This document shows positions 34,600 through 47,039 of a stretch of 64,000 nt of DNA, piece by piece; position 1 is the first letter of the stretch, and each line of letters starts with the position of its first letter. A model generated the notes under the pieces. It was not told the origin of the DNA. It ran no database searches and was given only the letters and a program-made list of their open reading frames with translations. A program made the position numbers and the translations under genes. The DNA comes from Squalus acanthias (taxonomy: Eukaryota), in the NCBI GenBank assembly GCA_030390025.1, contig CM059432.1, forward strand, positions 110,486,001 to 110,550,000. Reading direction: 5' to 3'.

Positions 34600-35959
34600 T
34601 GAGGTTCTCTGATGCTGCCCGGAGGTCCTAGTGCAAGCAGTGGAAAGGAGGAGGGAGATCCTCTTCACCATAGGTGACAGGAAGACCTCCAGGCAACAAC
34701 TCCACCGCCTATGGGAAGATGTCGCTGAGAAGTCTTCAATGATCGGCACATTCTCTGAACACCTCACAAGACTCTCACTAACACTTTCTTTCTTGCAGGA
34801 GAAGGTCGTACATAATTCCAGGCAGCAGGCAGGCACTGGAGGAGACCGAGCCCTCTTGCACACCATCTCTCCCGTCGAAGAAAGCATGCTGGCCATCAAG
34901 TGCAGGGGAAGAGTCATGGCCGTGGCAACTGGAAATACAGGAGGAGAAGTCGCACAGGGTATATTTCCACCGAATCCACTTTGTCCCTATTTCTATCACC
35001 CCCCACACACTCTGCATGATAACTTACTGATGCCTTCACTGCCCAGTTCTTTCTCTCTGCTTTCACTTCACAATAAACTCACTTCAAACTCTAGTCCCTC
35101 TCTTCCATTTCAGGTGCTGAAAATGTGGAAGCCCCTGTGCCAGTCGAAGAAGTGGAATCCAGCCTTCCTGAGCATGATGGAAGAATGTCATTCGATCTCA
35201 CCCTAGCGAGCACCAGTTCAGAGAGTGGCACCACGTGTACTTTAGAAACTAGGCTCGAGGAGGGGTCTTCAAGTGGTTCATCACCCAATACGTGTGTAGG
35301 AGCTGGGGCAGAGGGATAGGATGTCACAGGTGCCAGCTCGCTGGAGGGCGAGATGACATACTAGCTCTGCTGCACAGAACTCAGATGCTGACTTCGAGGG
35401 ACCAGCCTACTGAAGAAGGTTGATGGGCATACATCGGGAAATGCTAGGTATACTGTCAAGTTTGCCAGCAAGCAAGTGCACAATGTCGTGGAGGATGGAA
35501 AAGTCCAGCTTCAACTTGTATTGGAGATTCGGGCAGAGCATGGATATTATTCTGTTCAACTTGGACCGAGTGGTCAGCTCCATCAACTTGACAATGGTGG
35601 CCGCCATCATGGAACCTCTTCTGACAGCTGATCAAGCAGCTGCTATTGTGGCTTTGGCGTCATTCCTGCATTTTGTTCTCGCGCAGAGCCGCAGGAGTGC
35701 TGAGGCACAGTCCCAGGAGAGTGGCCTTGGCTCCATGGGAGAGGCACCCGCTGTCATTTCTCAGGACGATAGCATACTTTCTCCCCTGCCATCCACTCCG
35801 CCACTGCCCTTGTTCTTGCCACACTGCCAGACTGCCCAGCCCACGCTGAGATGCTGCATCTGCAAGGGCCAGGGTTGCTCAAGTTTGCCCACTACGGCCA
35901 TCTTAAGTGTCCTTAATGGAAGTTCAATGACCTTCCACCTCCCAAGCTGCAGCCACTAG
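34600..35959 (+). pseudogene. Harbinger Myb/SANT-like DNA-binding protein, 3-exon remnant
   Basis: RFSDAA.EVLVQAVERRREILF..LWEDVAE. Exon 34799-34958 (EKVVHNSRQQAGTGG) splices in phase to an exon starting at 35114. Stops and frameshifts downstream. Confidence 0.8.
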
Positions 35960-36189
35960 TGTAACACTTCATAGGAGCACTAGGCTAGGAGCACAAGCAC
36001 AGAGGACAGGCACTAATGGTTTACCCAAGGGTGATTCATCATTATTTCTGTTCACTGTTGGATAGAGATGGAATTGAGTTGTTTGATAAATTTGTTTTTC
36101 GTTCTGGAATTAGTGTTGGCATTTATATTTGTCGTGAAGTGAGGGCAAGATCCATAAGGCTGGACTGAAGGAAGGCAATTGGATGGTGC

Positions 36190-36933
36190 TCTCATTGTAT
36201 GCCAGCTCTGCAGCTGTGCTCGGGTTCCTAACAGGAGTCATGAGCCATGTCCAGAGGGGATATTCCTTGTCATCCAGCAGCTAGCCTTTAACCTGATGGC
36301 CTAGTTGGAATAAAGGCGGCACAGAGGACTGGCGCAGGATGAAAGAGTCGTGACTCCTGCCAGGATACCGTGCACAGACCTGCATGATGTGCTGCCTGTG
36401 GTTGCAAACCAGCCCTATGTTGCGGGAGTGAAAACCTTTTCGATTGATAAAATGACAGGCTGGTGATGGGGAACATGCAATACCACGTGCGTGCAGTCTA
36501 TGGAATCTGGCACCATGGAAGCCTGCCATGTGGACGAAGCCCAGTGATCTCTTGTCCTGCTTCACTTTGTCCATGGGGAGGAGGTGTTCCTCCTGGGGTA
36601 GAGCGCCTCGGTGACCTCCCTGGTAGAGTGGTGGACTGCAAACTGGGATGTATCACTGATTTCACCTGCTTCAGCCTCTAAGGAGCTTGTAGCCTAAAAG
36701 TCAAAGACCATAGCGACCTTGAGAGCCACAGGCAGAGCTGTCCACGCTCTGGTGCGAGGCTCGAGCAGATGATACAGCTCGGTGACATTCTCCTTTGTGA
36801 AGCAAAGACACCTCATACATTGCTCCTCAGTGAAGAACATGTAGGAGGAGGGCTCCCTGAATACCCGCCGTGGGTATGGCCTGCTGCACCGTGTCGTCCT
36901 CCTCCTCCCTCTTCTGGCAGCTGCTCCCCTCAT
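36190..36933 (-). pseudogene. HARBI1-like Harbinger DDE transposase, frameshifted, C-terminus deleted
   Basis: [75 protein letters not shown]. Confidence 0.9.
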
Positions 36934-37132
36934 GCTTCAGCTCTGAAGGCAGCCTGACAAACCACCCATGACTGCAGTCAAACTGATTATAAGGCAGCCA
37001 ACAACGGTGCAACACCAACAAAGTCTACTCAGCAGTGAAACTGAACTTGGCAGAATCAGAAAACAGACCAAACAAATCCCAGAAGTTAACCAGCAGCCTG
37101 AAATGACAAACCAGCAACTAACCTGCAAGTAC

Positions 37133-38124
37133 ATGACCTCTGTAAATAATGACCTCTGTAAACAATGACCTCTGTAAACAATGACCTCTGTAAATAATGA
37201 CCTCTGTAAACAATGGCCTCTGTAAATAATGACCTCTGTAAACAATGACCTCTGTAAACAATGACCTCTGTAAACAATGACCCCTGTAAACAATGACCTC
37301 TGTAAACAATGACCCCTGTAAACAATGACCCCTGTAAACAATGACCTCTGTAAACAATGGCCTCTGTAAATAATGACCCCTGTAAACAATGACCCCTGTA
37401 AACAATGACCCCTGTAAACAATGACCTCTGTAAACAATGACCCCTGTAAACAATGACCCCTGTAAACAATGACCCCTGTAAACAATGACCCCTGTAAACA
37501 ATGACCCCTGTAAACAATGACCCCTGTAAACAATGACCTCTGTAAACAATGACCCCTGTAAACAATGACCTCTGTAAACAATGACCCCTGTAAACAATGA
37601 CCCCTGTAAACAATGACCCCTGTAAACAATGACCCCTGTAAACAATGACCCCTGTAAACAATGACCCCTGTAAACAATGACCTCTGTAAACAATGACTCC
37701 TGTCAATAATGACCTCTGTAAACAATGACCTCTGTAAACAATGACCCCTGTAAACAATGACCCCTGTAAACAATGACCTCTGTAAACAATGACCCCTGTC
37801 AATAATGACCCCTGTAAACAATGACCTCTGTAAACAATGACCCCTGTAAACAATGACCTCTGTAAACAATGACCCCTGTCAATAATGACCCCTGTAAACA
37901 ATGACCCCTGTAAACAATGACCCCTGTAAACAATGACCCCTGTCAATAATGACCTCTGTAAACAATGACCCCTGTAAACAATGACCCCTGTCAATAATGA
38001 CCTCTGTAAACAATGACCCCTGTAAACAATGACCCCTGTAAACAATGACCCCTGTCAATAATGACCTCTGTAAACAATGACCCCTGTAAACAATGACCCC
38101 TGTAAACAATGACCTCTGTGAACA
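37133..38124 (+). repeat. 16-bp minisatellite (ATGACCYCTGTAAACA) x62
   Basis: First and last unit starts (37133, 38109) are exactly 61x16 bp apart. Confidence 0.98.
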
Positions 38125-38505
38125 ATGCTGCTGAAAGATCCTGCCTGCCTGTTAGAGCCACGAATTGCTGGGCGAGTTTAGCATGTGGCGAGTCATACGC
38201 TTGGGCAGCCAAAAATTGGGAAAGGGTCATCTGGACACCTACGGAGAAGCCCAATCTAACATGGCGGAAGGCACACTTCCAGCTTAAAATGATCGTGTGC
38301 TTCCTGCCTGCCATATTGGAGGCTTGTGTGTCCAGTTAGCGCCTGAAAACTGCGCGCAGAGCGATCTAACTTCTCGACCACTATACCATTACACCTGGGG
38401 TTAGTGCTTCTGTGTCTGGTGTTGATTCAGCTCTTTCACAGTGTTGCCTACGATTGTTCCTCCCAGTCAGTTCCACAGTGATGCTTTCAGCACTCAGCAC
38501 TCACT

Positions 38506-38705
38506 NNNNNNNNNNNNNNNNNNNNNNNNNNNNNNNNNNNNNNNNNNNNNNNNNNNNNNNNNNNNNNNNNNNNNNNNNNNNNNNNNNNNNNNNNNNNNNN
38601 NNNNNNNNNNNNNNNNNNNNNNNNNNNNNNNNNNNNNNNNNNNNNNNNNNNNNNNNNNNNNNNNNNNNNNNNNNNNNNNNNNNNNNNNNNNNNNNNNNNN
38701 NNNNN
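38506..38705. other. Assembly gap (200 N)
   Basis: Run of N. Confidence 1.
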
Positions 38706-38866
38706 ACCACTCACACACACACCACGCACACCACACTCACCACTCACACACACACCACGCACACAACACACACACACCACACACACCACACACACCCACA
38801 CACACCCACACACACAACACACACACACACACACCACACACACCACACACACACACACCACACACC
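38706..38866 (+). repeat. Imperfect (CA)n/(CAC)n microsatellite abutting the gap
   Basis: Seen directly. Confidence 0.95.
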
Positions 38867-39336
38867 AGGTCATAGACCCTTTAGTTCATTGACAAGTTCT
38901 AGCCCATGCCCATTACAAATTATCTGAACTTGATGCTGCTTCTCATCCACTCACACAACTAAACGATTTTTCAACTGTCTGTCACCTATTTCTCACCTGT
39001 GTTTAATTTGGGTGGATACAGTTAAAAATGAGGGAACCCTGGCCTCCTTAGCCAGACCTGTCCCTCTGGCCCCTTTGCCCCTTCACTCTCACTCCCGGCC
39101 CCCTCAGCCACCCTATTGATGCCTGAGGTCTGCTTTATTCAATTTACAGGTGGGCCTGTAAACAGGAAGGCAGCACACCCGCCTGAAACAGGCGGTAATC
39201 TGCTTACATATGCAAATGGTTTGTAGGACCATGATTGCAACTTTCAGGGCAAATGGACAGAGTGTACACCGAGCATGCTCCACCCATTTGTACCAGGCAT
39301 TGAGAGGTCTAACCAGCGATCCTTACTGGGACATTA

Positions 39337-42300
39337 AAGTGATAGAAGGTGTCATCGACAGTGCTATCAAGCAGCACTTACTCACCAATAACCTGCTCAC
39401 TGATGCCCAGTTTGGGTTCCGCCAAGACCACTTGGCTCCCGACCTCATTACAGCCTTGGTCCAAACATGGACAAAGAAGCTGAATTCCGGAGGTGAGGTG
39501 AGAGTGACTGCCCTTGACATCAAGGCAGCATTTGACCGAGTGTGGCATCAAGGAGCCCTAATAAAACTGAAGTCAATGGGAATCAGGGGGAAAAGTCTCC
39601 ATTGGCTGGATTCATACCTAGCACAAAGGAAGATGATTGTGGTGGTTGAAGGTCAATTATCACAGCCCCAGGACATCGCTGCAGGAATTCCTCAGAGCAG
39701 TGTCCTAGGCCCAACCATCTTCAGCTGTTTCATCAATGACCTTCCCTCCAACATAAGGTCAGAAATGGGGATGTTCGCTGATGACTGCACAGTGTTCAGC
39801 GCTATTCACAACTCCTCAGATAATGAAGCAGTCCATGCCCGTATGCAACAAGATCTGGACGACGTTCAGGCTTGGGCTGAAAAGTGGCAGGTAACATTCG
39901 TGCCACAGAAGTGACAGGGAATGACTATCTCCAACAAGTGAGAATCTAACCACCTCCCCTTGACATTCAACGGCATTACCATCGCCGAATCCCCCACCAT
40001 CAACATCCTGGGAGTCACCATTGACCAGAAACTTAACTGGACCAGCCACATAAAAACTGTGGCAACAAGAGCAGGTCAGAGGCGGGGTATTCTGCGGCGA
40101 GTGTCTCACCTCCTGACTCCCCAAAGCCTTTCCACCATCTACAAGGCACAAGTAAGGAGTGTGATGGAATACTCTCCACTTGCCTGGGTGAGTGCAGCTC
40201 CAACTACATTCAAGAAGCTCGACACCATCCAGGACATAAGAACATAAGAAATAGGAGCAGGAGTAGACCAATCAGCCCCTCGAGCCTGCTCCGCCATTCA
40301 ATGAGATCATGGCTGATCTGATCCAACCTCAACTCTAAAGAACACAAGAAGCAGGAGCAGGACCAGGCCACTCGGCCCCTGGGCCCGCTCCGCCACCCAC
40401 AGGGCCTTGACCGATCCGAACTCAAACTCATGTCCAATTTCCAGCCCGCTCCCCGTAACCCCTGATTCCCTTTACTTCTAGGAAACGGTCTATTTCTGTT
40501 TTAAATTTATTTAATGAAGTAGCTTCCACAGCTTCCTGGGGTAGCAAATTCCACAGACCCACTACCCTCTGAGTGAAAAAGTTTCTCCTCATCTCAGTTT
40601 TGAAAGAGGAGCCCCTTATTCTAAGATTATGTCCCCTAGTTCTAGTTTCACCCATAATTGGGAACATCCTCACCGCGTCCACCCGATCAAGCCCCTTCAC
40701 AATCTTATATGGTTCAATAAGATCGCCTCTCATTCTTCTGAACTCCAATGAGTAGAGTCCCAATCTACTCAACCTCTCCTCGTATGTCCACCCCCTCATC
40801 CCCGGAATTAACCGAGTGAACCTTTGTACTGCCTCGAGAGCAAGTATGTCTTTTCTTAAGTATGGACACCAAAACTGTATGCAGTACTCCAGGTGCGGTC
40901 TCACCAATACCCTATACAACTGCAGCAATACCTCCCTGTTTTTATATTCTATCCCCCTAGCAATAAAAGCCAACATTCCATTGGCTTTCTTGATCACCTG
41001 CTGCACCTGCATACTAACTTTTTGATTTTCTTGCGCCATGACCCCCAGATCCCTTTGTACTGCAGTACTTTCCAGTTTCTCGCCATTAAGATAATAACTT
41101 GCTCTCTGATTTTTCCTGCCAAAGTGCATAACCTCACATTTTCCAATATTGTATTGCATCTGCCAAATCTCTGCCCACTCACCCAGCCTGTCTATATCCC
41201 CTTGTAGGTTTTTTATGTCCTCCTCACTCTCTACTTTCCCTCCCATCTTTGTATCATCTGCAAACTTTGATATGTTACACTCGGTCTCCTCCTCCAAATC
41301 GTTAATATAGATTGTAAAGAGTTGGGGACCCAGCACCGACCCCTGCAGAACACTACTGGCTACTGGTTGCCAGTCCGAGAATGAACCATTTATCCCAACT
41401 CTCTGCTTCCTGTTAGATAACCAATCCTCCACCCATGCCAGAATATTACCCCCAATCCAGTGATTTTTTATCTTGAGTAATAATCTTTTATGTGGCACCT
41501 TGTCGAATGCCTTCTGGAAGTCTAAATACACTACATCCACTGGTTCCCCTTTATCCACCCTGTACGTTATGTCCTCAAAGAACTCGAGCAAATTTGTCAG
41601 ACATGACTTCCCCTTCATAAAGCCATGCTGACTTTGTCCTATTAAATTATGTTTATCTAAATGTTCCGTTACTGTCTCCTTAATAATAGACTCCAAAATT
41701 TTACCCACCACAGATGTTAGGCTAACTGGTCTATAATTTCCAGCCTTCTGCCTACAACCCTTTTTAAATAAGGGTGTTACATTAGCAGTTTTCCAATCTG
41801 CTGGGACCTTTGCTGAGTTCAGGGAGTTTTGGAAAATTATTACCAAAGCATCCAGAATTCCAACTGCCACTTCCCTCAAGACCCTAGAATGTAAGCCATC
41901 AGGTCCAGGGGATTTATTCGCCTTGAGTCCCATTATTTTACTGAGTACCAATTCCTTAGTGATTTTAATCGTATTTAGCTCCTCCCCCACTAGAGCCCCC
42001 TGTTTGTCCAGTGTTGGGATATTCTTAGTGTCCTCTACCGTAAAGACTGAAACAAAATATTTGTTCAGCATTTTTGCCATCTCCATGTTTCCCACCATTA
42101 ATTTCCCGGTCTCATCCTCTAAGGGACCAATGTTTGCCTTAACCACCCTTTTTCTTTTTATATAACTATAGAAACTCTTGCTATCTGTTTTTATATTTTT
42201 TGCTAATTTATTTTCATAGTCTATTTTCCCTTTCTTAATCAATCCTTTAGTTACTTTTTGCTGTCTTTTGAAGACTTCCCAATCTTCTATCCTCCCACTA

Positions 42301-42993
42301 ACTTTGGCTACCTTATATGTCCTTGTTTTTAGTTGGATACTTTCTTTAACTTCTTTACTTAGCCATGGATGGCTGTCATTTCTTTTACACCCTTTTTTCC
42401 TCAGTGGAATATATTTATTTTGAAAGTTGTAAAATAACTCCTTGAATGAACACCACTGCTCATGTACCGTCTTACCCTTTAATCTATTTTCCCAGTCCAC
42501 TTTAATCAATTCTGCTCTCATGCCATCATAGTCTCCTTTATTCAAGCTCAGTATGCTTGTTTGAGGACAAAGCAGTCCGCTTGATTGGCACCCCATCCAC
42601 CACCTTTAACATTCACTCCCTCCACCACCAGCGTACCGTGGCTGCAGTGTGTACCGTCTACAAGATGCACTGCAGCAACTCGCCAAGGCTCCTTCGGCAG
42701 CACCTTCCAAACCCAGGACCTCGTCCACCTAGCAGGCCAAGCGCAGCAGGCGCATGGGAACACCACCACCTCCAAGTTCCCCTCCAAGTTACACACCATC
42801 CTGACTTGGAAGTATATCGCCGATCCTTCATTGTCACTGGGTCAAAATCCAGCACTGTGGGAGTACCTTCACCACACGGACTGCAGTGGTTCAAGCAGGC
42901 AGCTCATCACCACCTTCTCAAGGGCAATTAGGGACGGGCAATAAATGCTGGCCTTGCCAGCGACGCCCGCATCCCATGAACAAATTAAAAAAA
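39337..42993 (+). mobile_element. FADDCTVF-type LINE, split by a CR1 insertion
   Basis: QFGFR, LDIKAAFDRVWH and FADD at 39337-40236; resumes at 42564 and runs to a poly-A at ~42986. Confidence 0.9.
40237..42563 (-). mobile_element. Young 5'-truncated CR1 with ~710 uninterrupted ORF2 codons
   Basis: ORF 40428-42596 carries the complete RT; TSD-like AGGACA at 40231-40236 and 42564-42569. Confidence 0.95.
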
Positions 42994-43231
42994 AGGCTGC
43001 TCTGAAAATAGCCACCGAGATTTTTGTTGTTTTGGTGGCGCCAGGAGGAGCAGGAATGCTCCTCGGCTCTCAGAAAACCTCCGGCCGACTGCTGAACTAT
43101 GCGAGGTCCCCCCCACCCCCCCAGAACGAGAGCCAGCTGATGTCTCGCCCTCCTATAATCAGTGAACGGCGGTGCCCAGTTGCAGCATTTAAACAAGGCT
43201 CGAATTGAAAATGTTTGAGGGTGATCTCAAA

Positions 43232-43620
43232 TGGGATGGCAGGAATGACGTATGAAGAGAGATTGGGTCAATTTGGCTTGTATTCGCTAGAGTTTAGAAG
43301 AATGAGAGGGGATCTCATTGAAACTTATAAAATTCTAACAGGACTAGACAGACTAGATGCAGGAAGTATGTTCCCGATGGTGGGGGAGTCCAGAACCAGG
43401 GGTCACAATCTAAGGATAAGGGGTAAGCCATTTAGGACTGAGATGAGGAGGAATTTCTTCACCCAGAGAGTGGTGAACCTGTGGAATTCTTTACCACAGA
43501 AGACAGTTGAGTCCAATTCATCAAATATATTCAAGAAGGAGTTAGATATATTTCTTAAGGCTAAGGGGAATCAAGGGATATGGGGAGAAAGCAGGGACAG
43601 GGTACTGAGTTTGGATGATG
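43232..43620 (+). mobile_element. CR1 3' ORF2 fragment (same subfamily as the 25680 copy)
   Basis: GMAGMTYEERLG..RVVNLWNSLPQKTVE. Confidence 0.9.
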
Positions 43621-43894
43621 GCCCTTATTGTCAGGGTTTTCTTCAAACTTGTTACTTCATTTAGTCACTAAATCTAGAACTGCCAACTTTGGGCAAATAC
43701 GAGGTGTGACATTTTCAGTCAGAAGTCAACCAAATACTCAAACCTTGCGCCAAGAGTGAAAACATTATATAAAGTGGCAAGCAGGCTGTCCCATGAAAGA
43801 GCAATTTTAGGCAGTGAACAGCTGAGCCAGTTGGACTAGAAAGGTCCCAGCGTTGATCCCCAGTCTCAGCTGAGTTGACTGAATTTACGGTATT

Positions 43895-44944
43895 ATTTGT
43901 GTTAAATGGCTGTTTTTCAGACTGGAGGATGGTAGACAGTGGTGTTCCCCAAGGGTCAGTGCTGGGGCCACTGCTTTTTTTGATATATATAAATGACCTG
44001 GATATTGGAATACAGAGTAGAATTTCTAAATTTGCCGATGACACCAAACTTGGGGGTGTGGCAAACAGTGATGATGATACCAATCGACTACAACAGGACA
44101 TAGAAAGGCTAGCAGAATGGGCAGACAAGCGACAGATGGAATTTAATACAGAGAAGTGTGAGGTGATGCATTTTGGCAGAAGAAACAGGGAGAGGCAATA
44201 TACACTTAATGGCACAGTTTTAAAGAGTGTGCAGGGACAGAAGGACCTGTAAGTTAATGTGCATAGGTCCCTGAAGGTGATGGGACATATTGAGAGAGTG
44301 ATTAGCAAAGCATATGGGATCTTGGGCTTCATAAATAGAGGTATTGAGTACAAAAGTAGAGAAGTTATGCTGAACCTTTATAAAGCGCTGGTTAGGCCAC
44401 AACTGGAGTATTGCGTCCAGTTCTGGTCACCACACTTTAGGAAGGATGTGAAGGCCCTTGAGAGGGTGCAGAGGAGATTTACCAGAATGGATCCGGGGAT
44501 GGGGGATCTTAGCTACAAGGACAGGTTGGAGAAGCTGAATTTGTTTTCATTAGAGCAAAGGAGGTTGAGGGGTGATTTGATAGAGGTGTACAAGATTATG
44601 ACGGGTTTGGATAGGCTAGACGGGGATAGGCTGTTCCCACTAGTTGATGGTACAAGGACTAGGGGACACAGATTTAAGGTTTTGGGCAAGAGATACAGGG
44701 GGGATGTGAGGAAAAACTTTTTTATGCAGCGAGTGGTGAGGACCTGGAACTCACTGCCGACGGAAGTGGTGGAAACGGAGACACTCAATGTTTTCAAGGG
44801 GAGACTGGATAGGCACTTGAGGGAAATAAACTTGCAGGGCTACGGGGATAGAGCGGGGGAATGGGACTGACTGGATTGCTCTACAGAGAGCTGGCACGGA
44901 CTCGATGGGCCGAATGGCCTCCTTCTGTGCCATTATGACTCTAT
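43895..44944 (+). mobile_element. 5'-truncated CR1 (RT C-terminal half and tail)
   Basis: GVPQGSVLGP, FADD, one stop near 44250. Its (ACTCTATG)n tail continues after MITE B at 45682. Confidence 0.92.
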
Positions 44945-45681
44945 GGGCTAAAAATTCAGTTTTGCCCCATTTGGGGCGCTAACCTCGCCTGGGCGCTACG
45001 TTTAGCGCCCCGAAAAAATTAGCGCCCCCGCGCCGGAACTTCAGTGGTTGCGCCCCAAGAGGGAAGCGGGGCGCTACTGGAAGCACCCCGCATCCCTCTT
45101 GGGGCGCTGCGAGGGAATATCGGCGCTGCGGCACATCGCGCCGCGGTATTGCAGGCCTTCCTCCCCTTCTTAAAGGGGAGGGGGCCCTGCGCAGCGCGAA
45201 CCGGGGCCCAGCTGGGCCCCCAGGGATCGGGAGTGCCGGCAAAAGAGCCCGGCACTCAAGAGAAGTGCCGGGCTCTTGGAGCGCAGCCGGCACTCCACGG
45301 GGGGGCTGCTCAGGAGGCCGGAGACGGCAACAGGGGCAGGTGCTGGCAGGCGGCCAGCAACAAAAATGGCCGCCTGCCACCTCCCCTTTAAATATCGCCG
45401 CCCCGGCCGCACGTATGTCCCCCCTGAACCCGTCGGACATAGCGTCAGGGGGCGCGTCCAAAGATCGAGGCCGGGGCGCGAGCGGGGTGCTGCGCACGGC
45501 GATGACGTCATCGCCGGCGGTGCAGCGGCGTGGGGCGCTACCGGCTGGCGCCGCCGCTAACCTCCCGCTGAATTTTGCGGGAGGCGTGGGCGGCGCTGCG
45601 CCCGGGCGCTAGCTGCTTTGCGCCCCATTAGCGCCCTCTTAAGGCACTAACGGGAGGCGCAAGCAGCTGAATTTTTAGCCC
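44945..45681 (-). mobile_element. GC/CpG-rich Harbinger-type MITE family B, copy 2 (737 bp)
   Basis: Perfect 15-bp TIR GGGCTAAAAATTCAG; TSD TAT (44942-44944, 45682-45684). Confidence 0.95.
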
Positions 45682-46195
45682 TATGACTCTATGGGTGCTA
45701 CAATTGGTCTTGGTGCTCCTGGGTTAGAGGAGAAAGTCAGACAGCATTCCCCCTTCAGACCACCATCCAGCCATCCCTGCTGGAATTGCATATGTATACA
45801 TCGAGTGAGCACAGAATTCAGCTCAGACATGTTGCCCCCGTGGACACTCAAGGATCAACATGAGTAATGGACACTTGGGTGAGATACCAGAAGTCAATAG
45901 GGCCGCAGCACCATACGCCAGCAAGGAATCAATGACTTCTGACTTCAGGATAAAAGAGGAGGGAAGAAACCTCACAGAGAAAAGCAGCAAAATAAAGAGA
46001 AAAAAGTGGCAAGTGACATGGGTCACAGGATCTGTCTGTGCTTGAATTTGAGTTCCTTGTCCTATCATCACTGACATTGTCCTATCATCACATATTGTTT
46101 GATTATCATTAAAGTAACCAGCCACATCGTCTAATAACCATAGCAAGAAGCACTGTCAGCTATCAGAAATCACCTGGAAGAAATGGATTGACAAC

Positions 46196-47039
46196 TGCCC
46201 GCATGCAACAAGACCTGGACGACGTTCAGGCTTGGGTTGATCAGTGGCAGGTAACATTCGCGCCACAGAAGTGCCAGGCAATGACTATCCCCAACAAGCG
46301 AGAGTCTAACCAGCACCCCTTGACATTCAATGGCATTACCATCGCCGAATCCCCCACTATCAATAACCTGGGGGTCACCATTAACCAGAAACTTAATTGG
46401 ACCAGCCACATAAATACTGTGGCAACAAGAGCAGGTCAGAGGCTAGGTATTCTGCGGCGAGTGTCTCACCTGCTGACTCTTCAACGCCTTTTCACCATCT
46501 ACAAGGCACAAGTAAGGAGTGTGATGGAATACTCTCCACTTGCCTGGATGAGTGCAGCTCCAACAACACTCAAGAAGCTCCACACCATCCAGGACAAAGC
46601 AGCTCACTTGATTGGCACCCCATCCACCACCTTAAACATTCACTCCCTCCACCACCGGCGTACCGTGGCTGCAGTGTGTACCATCTACAAGATGCACTGC
46701 AGCAACTCACCAAGGCTTCTTCGGCAGCACCTCCCAAACCCGCGACCTCTTCCACCTAGAAGGACAAGGTCAGCAGGCGCATGGGAACACCACCACCTCC
46801 AAGTTCCCCTCCAAGTCACACACCATCCTGACTTAGAAGTATATCGCCGATCCTTCATCGCCGCTGGGTCAAAATCTTGGAACTCCCTCCCTAACAGCAC
46901 TGTGGGAGTACCATCACCACACGGACTGCAGCCGTTCAAGAAGGCGGCTCCCCACCACCTTCTCAAGGGCAATTAGGGATGGGCAATAAATGCTGGCCTT
47001 GCCAGCGATGCCCAGATCCCATAAACGAATTAAAAAAAA
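46196..47039 (+). mobile_element. FADDCTVF-type LINE, 3' fragment
   Basis: ARMQQDLDDVQAW...; same 3' end and poly-A as the other two copies. Confidence 0.9.

Larger units (their letters stand above)
34420..38379. mobile_element. Decayed PIF/Harbinger transposon remnant 2 (two convergent genes)
   Basis: Myb gene on +, transposase on -. Putative right terminus AACTTCTCGACC at 38368-38379. Left terminus not seen; boundaries approximate. Confidence 0.8.
43810..45965 (+). mobile_element. Old tRNA-derived SINE split by a CR1 and MITE B
   Basis: Head piece ~43810-43882 (GGTCCCAGCGTTGATCCC) and body 45692-45965 are homologous to the reverse of 27745-28216. Confidence 0.45.

Noticed and set aside
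36190..36933. Domesticated host HARBI1 or NAIF1/MSANTD gene
   Set aside because: Frameshifts, stops, C-terminal deletion and a paired transposon layout indicate a dead TE.
36937..38109. Cys/His periodic ORFs (YRGHCLQ) resembling zinc-finger repeats
   Set aside because: Artefact of the 16-bp unit; no C2H2 spacing.
37133..38124. CRISPR-like array
   Set aside because: Contiguous tandem units with no unique spacers, no cas genes, and a vertebrate context. The same applies to the other arrays.
39100..43230. Possible MITE enclosing the LINE stack (GC-rich pieces at ~39130-39330 and ~42995-43210)
   Set aside because: No TIR pair or TSD could be located.
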